Below are positions 52,154-61,798 of a DNA stretch of 64,000 nt, piece by piece. The position numbers were made by a program, and so were the translations under genes. The DNA is from Terriglobia bacterium (GTDB lineage Bacteria > Acidobacteriota > Terriglobia > JAJPHL01 > JAPKYU01). The notes beneath the pieces were generated by a model. It saw only the letters and a program-made list of their open reading frames with translations, was not told the DNA's origin and made no database searches. Position 1 is the stretch's first letter. Each line of letters starts with the position of its first letter. The DNA is taken from the NCBI GenBank assembly GCA_965223005.1, contig CBDCVK010000010.1:544001-608000 (forward strand), given 5' to 3'.

Positions 52154-53584
52154 TCAGGCTCGCCGCCATTCTCCGACGCGCACTAGTTTCATCAGGTTCG
52201 TGCCGCCGGGCGCGGTGAAAGGACTGCCGGCCACGGCCGCCACAATATCGCCCCGGGCGACTAGCTTCTTTTGCAGCAAGATCTTTTCCGCCGAAGCGAT
52301 GGTGGTATCGGTGTCGGAAACCAGCGGCATGAGCCGCGGCTGCACGCCCCAGTAGAGAGCCACCCGTTGGCAGGTCCGCTGCTCCGGGCAGAAGGCGTAG
52401 ATGGGGGGCACAGGACGGTACTTGGAGATCAGCCGAGCTGTGGAACCACTGCGGGTGAAGACCACGACCGCCTTGACGTCCAGTTCTTCTGTCACGTGGG
52501 CCACGCTCTCGCTGACCGCCTCCGCGACATTGTGCTCGTGCATCGCCCGCCGCAGCCGGGGATGGATCTCGCTCATGTGCCTCTCGGCCTCTTCGGCAAT
52601 GCGCGCCATCATCGCCACGGCTTCGCGCGGGTATTTCCCGCTGGCAGTCTCGCCGGAAAGCATCACCGCGTCGGTGCCATCGAAAATGGCATTGGCGACG
52701 TCGCTGGCCTCGGCCCGGGTGGGGCGGGGATTCTCGGTCATCGACTCCAGCATCTGGGTAGCGGTAACTACCGGAACCTTGGCGGCGCGGGCCCTCTCGA
52801 TGATGCGCTTCTGCGCCATCGGGACCTTCTCCGGCGACATCTCTACGCCCAGGTCCCCCCGGGCAACCATGACCGCGTCGCTGATCTTCAGGATGTTTTC
52901 CAGGTCCTCGATGGCCTCCGGCTTTTCCAGCTTAGCGACGACAGGAGTCTGGCTCTTCGAGCGCGCGATCACCTCCTTGACGGCGGCCACGTCCCGGGCG
53001 GTCCTCACGAAAGAGACCGCCACATAGTCCACTCCTTGCTCCAGGCCGAATTTCAGGTGCCGTTCGTCCTCTTTGGTCATCGCCGGGATGCGCAGCTTGG
53101 CGCCGGGCAAATTGACGCCTTTGTGCTCACCCAACAGCCCGCCGTTCTGGACCCTACAGACCACGTCGTTGCCGTGGCAGCTCTTCACCTGCAGCTCGAT
53201 CAACCCGTCGGCCAGCAGGATCCGGTCACCGGGGCGCACGTCCCGGCCCAGCCGGGAATAGCTGACGGAAAAGCGGCGGGAGTTGCCGACAATTTCCTTG
53301 GGTGTCAACTGCAGCGTCTGGCCGGCCCGCAGCGTTACCGGACGGCCCTGCTCGAGACGACCGGTGCGAATCTTCGGTCCGGGCAGATCTTGCAGGATGG
53401 CCAGGTGGCGCTTCTCGGCCGCGGCCACTTCCCGCACCAGCCGGATGAGGCGTGCGTGCTGCTGGTGGGTCCCGTGAGAAAAGTTAAGCCGCACCACGTC
53501 TGCCCCGGCCCGCACCAGCGCTCGCACGCCTTCCCGGGTGTTCGTGGCCGGCCCTACTGTAGCTATGATCTTGGCTTTTCGCAT
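52154..53584 (-). CDS. pyk: Pyruvate kinase
   Basis: KIIATVGP, RLNFSHG, DLPGPKIRTG, MVARGDLG, ATQMLESM, MLSGET. Confidence 0.98.
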   Translation of the reverse strand: MRKAKIIATVGPATNTREGVRALVRAGADVVRLNFSHGTHQQHARLIRLVREVAAAEKRHLAILQDLPGPKIRTGRLEQGRPVTLRAGQTLQLTPKEIVGNSRRFSVSYSRLGRDVRPGDRILLADGLIELQVKSCHGNDVVCRVQNGGLLGEHKGVNLPGAKLRIPAMTKEDERHLKFGLEQGVDYVAVSFVRTARDVAAVKEVIARSKSQTPVVAKLEKPEAIEDLENILKISDAVMVARGDLGVEMSPEKVPMAQKRIIERARAAKVPVVTATQMLESMTENPRPTRAEASDVANAIFDGTDAVMLSGETASGKYPREAVAMMARIAEEAERHMSEIHPRLRRAMHEHNVAEAVSESVAHVTEELDVKAVVVFTRSGSTARLISKYRPVPPIYAFCPEQRTCQRVALYWGVQPRLMPLVSDTDTTIASAEKILLQKKLVARGDIVAAVAGSPFTAPGGTNLMKLVRVGEWRRA

Positions 53585-53771
53585 GGTCAGGTCCGACTGT
53601 TATACCCCACCGCCTGCCCTTTGCAAAGCAGTACGTTTGGCCCCACAGGCCGCCCGGCCCGGTGCCTGCCGGCAAGCGGTCAAGCCGGGCTTCACCGCGC
53701 CAGAAGCACAGTGTGGCATGCTATGCTGAACGCCCGGAGGAGACCCCGAAAGAACCCCTGGAGGAACAAGG

Positions 53772-54944
53772 ATGCGCTTCGCAGAGCGGATGAGTCGGCT
53801 AGGAACCGAGACGGCGTTTGAGGTGCTGGCGCGGGCTCGCAAGCTGGAGGCGGCCGGACGTGACATTGTCCACCTGGAAATCGGCGAGCCTGACTTCCCC
53901 ACCGAGCCTCACATTGTGGCTGCCGCTGAGGCCGCCTTGCAGCAAGGCTGGACTCATTACGGCCCTTCCCAAGGCTACCCGGAGCTGCGGGAAGCCATCG
54001 CCGAGCAAGTCTCCTCCAGCCGCGGCATCCGGGTCACGCCCGAGCAGGTAGTGGTGGTGCCAGGCGCCAAACCCATCTTGTTCTTCACTCTGCTGGCTCT
54101 GCTGGAACCGGGCGACGAGGTGCTCTACCCCAACCCCGGCTTCCCCATCTACGAGTCCATGATCCGCTACCTGGGGGCGCAGCCTAAGCCGCTCCGGCTG
54201 TCAGAGGAGCGCGGCTTTTCGCTGGACCTCAACTCGTTGGCGGAACAACTCAGCGACCGCACCAGGCTGCTGATTCTGAATTCGCCTCATAACCCCACCG
54301 GCGGCATCATTCCCAAAGAAGACCTCAGCGAGATCGCGCGCCTGTGTGCTGACCGCGACCTCGTGGTGCTCTCTGACGAGGTCTACAGCCAGATTCTTTA
54401 TGAAGACCAGCACTGCTCGATCGCCTCCTTCCCCGGCATGGGAGAGAAGACGATCATCCTGGACGGCTTCTCCAAGACCTATGCCATGACCGGCTGGCGC
54501 CTCGGCTATGGGGTGATGCCGGTGGAGTTGGCCCAGCACGTGGTCCGATTGCAGGTCAACTCCACCTCCTGCACGGCCAGCTTCACGCAGCGAGCGGGGA
54601 TCGAGGCCCTGCGAGGCCCCCAAGATGCTGTACGGAAAATGGTCGAGGAGTTTCACCGCCGCCGGGACCTGATGGTGGACGGGCTGAACCGCATCCCGGG
54701 CTTTCGCTGCACCCTGCCGCGCGGCGCCTTCTACGCGTTTCCAAACGTCTCAGCCACCGGCAAGCCCTCGCGGCAGATCGCCAACCTGCTGCTGGACTCG
54801 GCCGGGGTGGCCTGCCTTGCCGGGGAGGACTTTGGCCAATACGGGGAGGGTTACCTGCGCTTCTCCTACGCCAACTCTCAGGAAAATATTCAGAAGGCGA
54901 TCGAGCGCATTGGTTCCACCGTCGCCGAAGCCGTCCGCGCCTGA
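53772..54944 (+). CDS. PLP-dependent class I/II aminotransferase (aspartate aminotransferase-like)
   Basis: IGEPDF, NSPHNPTG, DEVY, FSKTYAMTGWRLG. Confidence 0.93.
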   Translation: MRFAERMSRLGTETAFEVLARARKLEAAGRDIVHLEIGEPDFPTEPHIVAAAEAALQQGWTHYGPSQGYPELREAIAEQVSSSRGIRVTPEQVVVVPGAKPILFFTLLALLEPGDEVLYPNPGFPIYESMIRYLGAQPKPLRLSEERGFSLDLNSLAEQLSDRTRLLILNSPHNPTGGIIPKEDLSEIARLCADRDLVVLSDEVYSQILYEDQHCSIASFPGMGEKTIILDGFSKTYAMTGWRLGYGVMPVELAQHVVRLQVNSTSCTASFTQRAGIEALRGPQDAVRKMVEEFHRRRDLMVDGLNRIPGFRCTLPRGAFYAFPNVSATGKPSRQIANLLLDSAGVACLAGEDFGQYGEGYLRFSYANSQENIQKAIERIGSTVAEAVRA

Positions 54945-55055
54945 CCTGCGAGTCCGGCGCTGTCAACCTGTGCCACCACTTCGCTAGTGGGTCAGTTTCA
55001 CCAATGCCGGATAGGTCCCCACAAACGGGCTACAATGCTGCGTCGTTCGCCAGAC

Positions 55056-55439
55056 TTATCCTGCCGGAGCCTCGTGCAGTGCGACTCGGTTGCCCTCACA
55101 ATCTTCAAAGTAGGCAATGAAGCCGTGCTGACCGATGCTAGTGCGTGGCATGAGCGTCTTGCCGCCAGCTTCTCCGATCCTGGCCAGTGCAGCGTCGATT
55201 TTGGAAACGCCGATGTAAACAAGTGAACCGTGATGAGAAGGCGTATAGCTGTCTGCTTGAATAAGCGTTCCGGCTGAACCAGCTGCACCCATTTCCATGG
55301 GGAACCACGCCATCTTGCTCGGTCCCATTTCAGTCTGCGTAAGCTCTCCGCCAAACGCAGACTCATAGAACGTTTTTGCTCTTGCAATGTTGCTGACGGG
55401 AATCTCGAACCAGACAACGGGATTGGGCTTGATAGACAT
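55056..55439 (-). CDS. VOC/glyoxalase-like family protein
   Basis: WFEIPV..RAKTFYE, D.EGNRVALH; GAGGAG RBS. Confidence 0.88.
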   Translation of the reverse strand: MSIKPNPVVWFEIPVSNIARAKTFYESAFGGELTQTEMGPSKMAWFPMEMGAAGSAGTLIQADSYTPSHHGSLVYIGVSKIDAALARIGEAGGKTLMPRTSIGQHGFIAYFEDCEGNRVALHEAPAG

Positions 55440-55494
55440 TTCCGTTTTCTCCTCGGTATGCGTTATCTGATGATCAAAGCTAGCCGCTGCCGGC

Positions 55495-56112
55495 TTACTT
55501 TGGAAACTTCGGGTCCGCCATGACCTCCTCGATTTGCTTGTTGTGCCGCTGGTTGTGCAATGCCGCGAAGCGAATCCAGTGTGCGGCGCTGAGTTGACCC
55601 AAAGGCGTACCGCTGTCGTCGACATGCGCCTTGTAGGCCTTCGAGCCGTTCTTGGCGCGTTCGATCATTCTCGATCTTGCGGCCGAGTACTTGTTGACGA
55701 TCTCGTCGCGGCTCATTTTGCCTTGGGGTACGAACTCAGGCGGCGCTTGAACGCGGTTGGTGCGGTCTGGAATGACCTGGGTCATGAGTTGGATCTTGCC
55801 CTCAGTCAGCTTCCCCCAATCGGGGTTGGGCTTGCCGGCCATCAGCCCGTCCACGCGTTTGTGGAATCCGGTCTCGGTCAAGTAAAGGTGCTCAACAACC
55901 TCACCGGCCGACCACCGGTCCGGGCCTGGCTTGAACTTCCACTGCTCGTCGGTGAGTGGGGCGATCTTGGTCAGAGTGCCGCCACGGCTTTCCTGCAGCA
56001 GAGCAACAACCTCGGCGCTTTCTTGCGCGGAAAAGCTGCCGTCCCCGCCGGGGGAACCCGCGAGCAGAAGGGCGGAAGCAATGAGCGAAACGACGAACTT
56101 CATGCGAGTCAT
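55495..56112 (-). CDS. DinB family protein with N-terminal signal peptide
   Basis: WSAGEVVEHL and HNQRH His triad; hydrophobic N-terminus. Confidence 0.85.
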   Translation of the reverse strand: MTRMKFVVSLIASALLLAGSPGGDGSFSAQESAEVVALLQESRGGTLTKIAPLTDEQWKFKPGPDRWSAGEVVEHLYLTETGFHKRVDGLMAGKPNPDWGKLTEGKIQLMTQVIPDRTNRVQAPPEFVPQGKMSRDEIVNKYSAARSRMIERAKNGSKAYKAHVDDSGTPLGQLSAAHWIRFAALHNQRHNKQIEEVMADPKFPK

Positions 56113-56147
56113 ATGGGTCTCCTTTCGACCCGCTACCCTATAGCAAG

Positions 56148-56168
56148 TCGCTTGCAGTATGCAAGTGA
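56148..56168. promoter_or_regulatory. Putative HxlR-family operator
   Basis: tcgcttgca-gta-tgcaagtga palindrome between divergent dinB-like and hxlR-like genes. Confidence 0.55.
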
Positions 56169-56285
56169 TATCTTCTCGCCGACCTGTTCGTTGCGAACGC
56201 AGCCGCAGTTCAGTTCACGTTTTTCGCCGCTCTCCGCCAACTTGCCCTCCGCCGGGCATGGAATCGGGAATAGAATAATGATCTG

Positions 56286-56741
56286 GTGTCTCGCCAAGGT
56301 GAGCCAAACAGGCGGTCGAGGTGTCCGGTGAACGTCTCTGTGGAGATCTTTGGCGATAGCTGGTCCTTGTTAGTGATTCGGGACCTTATGTTCAGGGGGG
56401 CGCACTCCTTCAAGGATCTAATGGGTGGAGGCGAAGGAATCTCCACCAACATCCTCACAGATCGCCTTGAGCAACTCGTGGCCCACGGGATTGTCGAGAA
56501 GGTCCAGCGGGCGGCGGACCGCCGTCAGAACATCTACCAGCTTACAGAGAAAGGCATCGACTTGGTGCCTGTACTATTGGAAATGGCCCTTTGGGGAGCC
56601 CGCTACGAAGAAACGGATGCTCCGACAGCTGTGATTCGAGAGATGGAATCGAACCGCGATGACTTCCTGGTGAAAGTTAGGAAAAAGTGGGAGGAGGACC
56701 GTAGGCGTCTCGATGCCGAGGCTTCGGATGATCAAAGATGA
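56286..56741 (+). CDS. HxlR/DUF24 family winged-helix regulator
   Basis: RSRCPV..GDSWSLLVIRDL, ISTNILTDRL, YQLTEKG. Confidence 0.9.
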   Translation: MSRQGEPNRRSRCPVNVSVEIFGDSWSLLVIRDLMFRGAHSFKDLMGGGEGISTNILTDRLEQLVAHGIVEKVQRAADRRQNIYQLTEKGIDLVPVLLEMALWGARYEETDAPTAVIREMESNRDDFLVKVRKKWEEDRRRLDAEASDDQR

Positions 56742-57050
56742 CTCACCAGCGATGCTGGATAGGTCACCACTAACGGGCTAGTGTTTACCAATCCCAGTTT
56801 CAGTTGGGCGAATCGTCGGCTTCCCGGAAACTGGCCCTCTGCCAGCCCTTCCAAGAACTTGCAATACGGTTCTCAAGCTGCTAAGCACCGGGCGAATGCA
56901 GCCACTGGGAAATGCGGCGGGTCGCGGAAACGCTGGCCCAGGCAACCACCTGCACCAGATGGGCCTCATCCGGCTGCCTCTCCCGGACCGCCTCGATTCG
57001 TTATTGACGCACCTCGTGCGCGGCCCATCTGCGTTCGACGAAAGGATAGG

Positions 57051-60014
57051 CTATGGCCCGTCGCTGGCTTGGTTGCCGGCCAGCGCAGAGAAGCGGCGGC
57101 GGGTCTCCTCGGACCAGCCGGGAATCACTTCGGCCACCGTTCCCCCCGCGTTGAGCAGAACCGACAGAGGCACGGAGAGTTCGTCGGAAGCATACAGCTG
57201 TTCGACGGCCGGAATCCCACCGATATAGATCGGATAGCGGACGCCGGTGTCGGCCACAAACCCGCGGACGTTGGCGTCGGCTTCGGTGTCCACATTGAGG
57301 CCGATCAAGTCGACCCCTCCGGCTGAAAGCTTGGGGCGGAGTTTTTCCAGCTCCGGCATCTCCAGGATGCAGGGCGCGCACCAAGTGGCCCAGACATTGA
57401 TCAGCGCCCGGCGGCCCGGGCGAAGCTGTTTGTAGAGGGAAGTTGCCTCTCCGTCCAATGTCTTCAGCGCCAGATCGGGCATGGGGCGGCCGACGCTGAT
57501 CTTCAGCTTGCGCGCAAAGGTTTCGGCGCGAGTGAGCGGATCGGGCAGTTGGGCGCGGCCGAGGGCAAGCGTTTCGGCGCGACCGGCGCCGGCACGCAGC
57601 AGCAGCGTCGAGCCGGCCCGGGCGTCGGCCTGGAAACGCTCGACTTCCCCATTGGGCCAGGTCACCTCGATCCATTCGGCGCGCTCCTCCGATCCCAGCC
57701 CGAACAGCAGGCGCGGGTCGTGCTGCGCAATGAAGCCTGAGCCGCCGCTTTTGACTTTGGTCACCGTGCCCGCCGAAGTGCGCAGTCGCACAACCGCGCC
57801 ATAGGCGTCGCGCCCCAGCGCGGGGCTGCCTTCCAGCACGATCCGCAGGAAATGGTTGGCCTGCCCGATATTGTTGCGAAACAGCAGGTGTGCTTCCCCC
57901 TGGATGGTGGTTAGAAACACGTCCAGATCGCCGTCGTTATCGAAATCGGCAAACACCGCCGCGCGGCCATCGCTAATCGAGTCAATTCCAGAGATTCCGG
58001 AGACGTCCAAATACTTGCCCGTGCCCAGGTTCAGGGAGAGCAGATCGCGTTCGTACCCGCTAAATGAGAATCCCTGTTGGGCGATCAGGCGCATTTGGTC
58101 GGCACGGAGCGCGCCCTGCCCCTGTTTCGGATTCTTGTCTTGCGCCACGACCTGACGCCAGAACTGACTTCAGGTGTCCTTCATGGAACTGCCGGAGAGG
58201 AACCCATTGGGGGTCAGCAGATCCTCCCAGCCATCGTTATCGAAGTCGAGGAACCCACCCCCCCAGGCCCATCCGCCGGAGAAGCCAGCGCTCTCGGCGG
58301 TCACGTCCCGGTAGTAGCCGTTGCCGGCGTTCCGATACAGGTTGTTGCCCGAGGCCAGCTTCCGGTACACGTTGTTCCCGGCGCCAGCGCCGGGAAACAG
58401 CCGCGACACGATGCGGTTGCCTGCGGTCGAGGACATGTTGGTGACGTGCAGATCGAGCTCTCCGTCGTTGTCGTAATCGCCGAAGGAGACGCCCATGCCG
58501 TTGCCGGGGTCCACGACGCCGCGCTCCCGTGCCTCGTTCACGAACTTGTCCCCGTGGTGGATGAACAGGGCGTTTTCACCAAAGTCGTTGGCCACATAGA
58601 GGTCCAGGCGCCCGTCTCTGTTGACGTCGGCGAAGGCGGCCGCGTAACTCCAGCGCCGCTCGTCCACGCCCCAGCGGGCCGCCTCCTCGCGAAAGGTGCC
58701 ATCGCCCTGATTGATGTACAGCAGGTTCGGCGTGCCGTTGGTGGCCCGGTACCAGGAATCTGGCGTTACCCGGCCGAAGTGGTTGTAGCAGGCAACGTAG
58801 ATGTCGGCATATCCGTCGCCGTTCACGTCTCCGGCCACGGCGCTGAACCCAATCGCCTGCCGGCCTACCCCGGCCTTCCAGGAAACATCGCGAAGTTCCA
58901 GTTTCCCGTCCGGCACCTGCCGGTTCTCCAAAAGCATCTGGTGCCCAACCGAGGAGAGGAACACGTCGGAATCGCCGTCATTGTCGTAATCGAGAACCAG
59001 GGGGGCCACCCCGCGGTCGAGCAGCTCCACGCCCGCTTCCAGGGAGGCGTCACGGAACCGGCCTTGTGCGTCGTTCAAATAAAGATAGTTGCGATCCGGC
59101 GAGGTCACGAACAGATCGATCCAGCCGTCAAGATTGAAATCCCCGGCCGCCGCCCCGTACCAGGCGAAGCTGGGTCCTCCCCGCTCCGCAAAAGCAGGCA
59201 GGCTGGCGGCCACGCCGGCCGGCACGGAGACTTCCGAGAACAGATCGGTAGTGGCCAGCATGGAATCCAGGCTCAGCAACTCGAACGATTCAAACTGCCA
59301 GCGCCCGCTGGCCGCCCGACGGACCGCGATCGCCGCCGCTCCCCGCGTCCATTCGCGCCGCCCGTTAGTGTCTCGGCCTACCAGGTAAAACTTCAGGCGC
59401 GCCGTTCCTTCGGAACCCACCTTGGCGGTGGGAACATTGGCCTCCATCTCAACATCAGCCGAATCAGCGAATTGGGCTCCCGCCACCTTGAAGCGCGCGT
59501 CTTCGATCGCCTCGAAGTGATCCAGGAAGGCGAATAACGCACCCAAGAACTCCTCCCCGGTCATGCTGTGTTTCACCTCGCGGGAGCGGTCGTTGCGTTG
59601 CGAGGAGTGGCGGGGACCCTGAGCATCCGCCGTCCATCCATGCCTGGCGACCCATCTCACTTCTTTCTGGACCGGCAGCGGAGTGGACCAGAAGGGGGTA
59701 GCCGACAACTGGGCGGGAACGTACTCGACCACTTGGTGCTGGTCCCGATCCCGCACGGCGAGTGACAGATCCAACATGTCGTTGGCCAACGATTCGGACA
59801 ACTCCTCTACCACTTCCAGCCGCGCCGCATCCGCCGTTGCATCCGTCGTTGGATCCGTGGTTCCGGCGCGCTTGGGAGCCGAGGCCGCGGGCGTTTCGCC
59901 CTGCGCCGAATCGGCCGGCGCCGCCGGGGGCTGCGCCGCTGGCTTCTGCGCAAACAAGATCGCTGCCAGGAGCAGGCAAATCAGGAAGATTGTTGATTGT
60001 CCCAGCTTGTTCAT
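57051..60014 (-). CDS. Predicted secreted selenoprotein: N-terminal domain + FG-GAP/CRTAC1 propeller + ASPIC/UnbV + TlpA-like thioredoxin (UGA at codon 615 read as Sec)
   Basis: ORFs 58170-60059 and 57051-58148 are in one frame, separated only by TGA; DxDxDG repeats on both sides; LLFGLG..IEVTWPNG ASPIC motif; WATWCAPC; SECIS-like hairpin after the UGA. Confidence 0.75.
58137..58169 (-). ncRNA. Bacterial SECIS-like hairpin
   Basis: UGA-AGUCAGUUCUG-GCGUCA-GGUCG-UGGCGC; 6-bp stem starts after an 11-nt spacer, loop begins GGU. Confidence 0.65.
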
Positions 60015-60208
60015 GCTGATTTCGTAATAATACTGCGCGCCGTCCAAGGCTGCTGCCAAGCCAGGCTTGAACGCCTCGGCATTGCTCCCACCAGAAGCTG
60101 CCAGCCCGAAGCCTGACGCTTCAGGCTCTTTTCTCAGTTTACTCTGGTTTCAGCACTTCCCGCGCGGCATTTCACGAGATGAAAACAAGAGTGACAAAAG
60201 ACTGCGGG

Positions 60209-61798
60209 CTAGGGAGATTTTCTTGCGGTCAATTCCTCCGGCTGTTGCTGGTCGGTTGCGTCGGGCGCGGTCACGGGGCTCTGGGCGGCGGGCGGCTGGG
60301 GTTTCCAACGCAGGATGGGCCGGCGCGCGGCCGCCACTTCGTCCAGGCGGCCTACCCGGGTGGCGTGCGGCGCGTTGCGCACCGTCTCGGGTTCTTCTTC
60401 CACCTCACGGGCGATCGCGCGCATCGCCTCAATGAAGCAATCCAGCTCCTGCTTGCTCTCGGTTTCCGTCGGCTCGATCATCAGCGCGCCCTGGACGATC
60501 AGCGGGAAGCTGACGGTGTAGGGGTGAAAGCCGTAATCAATCAGGCGCTTGGCGATGTCGCCGGTGCGCACGCCGTGGCGCGCCTGGAGCCGGTCGCTGA
60601 AGACGCACTCGTGGAGCGACGCCTGGCGGTACGTCAGCTCGTAGAGGTCTTCCAGGTGCCTGCGGATGTAGTTGGCGTTGAGCACGGCGTCCTCCGCTAC
60701 CGCCCTAAGGCCGTTGCCGCCGTGCGCCAGAACGTAGGCCAGGGCACGCACCAGCACGCCAAAGTTGCCCACGAAGGCACGCACCCGACCGATGGAGTTT
60801 GGCCGCTGGTGGTTCAGGCGCAGCCGGCCATGCGGCCCTTCTTCCAGGACCGGCACCGGCAAGTACGGCTCCAGGTGTTTCTTCACGCAGACGGGGCCGG
60901 CCCCGGGACCGCCGCCGCCGTGCGGGGTGGAAAAGGTCTTGTGAAGGTTCAGGTGCATCACGTCCACCCCGAAGTCGCCAGGACGGGTCTTGCCCAACAG
61001 AGCATTCATGTTGGCGCCGTCCATGTAGAGCTGGGCGCCCCGGGCATGCAGGAGATCCGCAATGGAGGCGATCTGCTGTTCAAAAATCCCCAGCGTGTTG
61101 GGGTTGGTGATCATCAGCGCCGCGACCTGTTCGGTGACAGCTTTCTGGAGCGCTTCCAGATCCACACGGCCGTCACCGTTGGAGCGGACGTTCTCGACCG
61201 TGTAACCAGCTATCGATGCGGTCGCCGGATTGGTTCCGTGAGCCGAATCCGGGATCAGGATTTTCTTTCGCGGGTTCCCCTGCGCTTCAAGATAGGCGCG
61301 TACCAGCAGGATGCCGGTCAGCTCGCCCTGGGCGCCGGCAGCCGGCTGCAACGTCACCGTATCCATGCCGGTGATGTCCAGCAGGTAAGTGGAGAGCTGC
61401 CGCAAGATCTTCAAACAGCCCTGGGCCAGATCATCGGGCTGATAGGGGTGCTGGTCAGCAAGCCCTTCCAGACGCGCCACCACTTCATTGACCTTCGGGT
61501 TGTACTTCATGGTGCAGGAACCCAGCGGGTAGAATCCCGTTTCCACCCCGTAGTTCCAGCTTGAGAGGCGAGTGAAGTGGCGCACCAACTCCACTTCGCT
61601 GACCTCGGGGAAGTCGGCAATTTCGGCCCGCACATTGGCCTGGCCCAGCGTCGCGACCGGATCCACCTCCGGCACCTCCAGCGCTGGCAACTGCCAGGCG
61701 TGCTTGCCCGGCGAGGAGCGCTCAAAGATCAGCCCTTCATTTTGGCTGATGTGGCGCCGACGGAGATGGTGGCTGACGTGGGAGGCGGCTTTCTTCAT
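60209..61798 (-). CDS. gcvPB: Glycine dehydrogenase subunit 2
   Basis: [37 protein letters not shown]. Confidence 0.96.
   Translation of the reverse strand: MKKAASHVSHHLRRRHISQNEGLIFERSSPGKHAWQLPALEVPEVDPVATLGQANVRAEIADFPEVSEVELVRHFTRLSSWNYGVETGFYPLGSCTMKYNPKVNEVVARLEGLADQHPYQPDDLAQGCLKILRQLSTYLLDITGMDTVTLQPAAGAQGELTGILLVRAYLEAQGNPRKKILIPDSAHGTNPATASIAGYTVENVRSNGDGRVDLEALQKAVTEQVAALMITNPNTLGIFEQQIASIADLLHARGAQLYMDGANMNALLGKTRPGDFGVDVMHLNLHKTFSTPHGGGGPGAGPVCVKKHLEPYLPVPVLEEGPHGRLRLNHQRPNSIGRVRAFVGNFGVLVRALAYVLAHGGNGLRAVAEDAVLNANYIRRHLEDLYELTYRQASLHECVFSDRLQARHGVRTGDIAKRLIDYGFHPYTVSFPLIVQGALMIEPTETESKQELDCFIEAMRAIAREVEEEPETVRNAPHATRVGRLDEVAAARRPILRWKPQPPAAQSPVTAPDATDQQQPEELTARKSP

Noticed and set aside
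56781-57326. ORFs between hxlR and the ASPIC gene
   Set aside because: No RBS or motifs, and they overlap the thioredoxin domain on the opposite strand.
58170-58172. Genome-wide UGA reassignment (genetic code 4/25) as the cause of the in-frame TGA
   Set aside because: Many clear genes here (ahcY, metK, gpmI, sufS, pyk) end at TGA at their expected C-termini.
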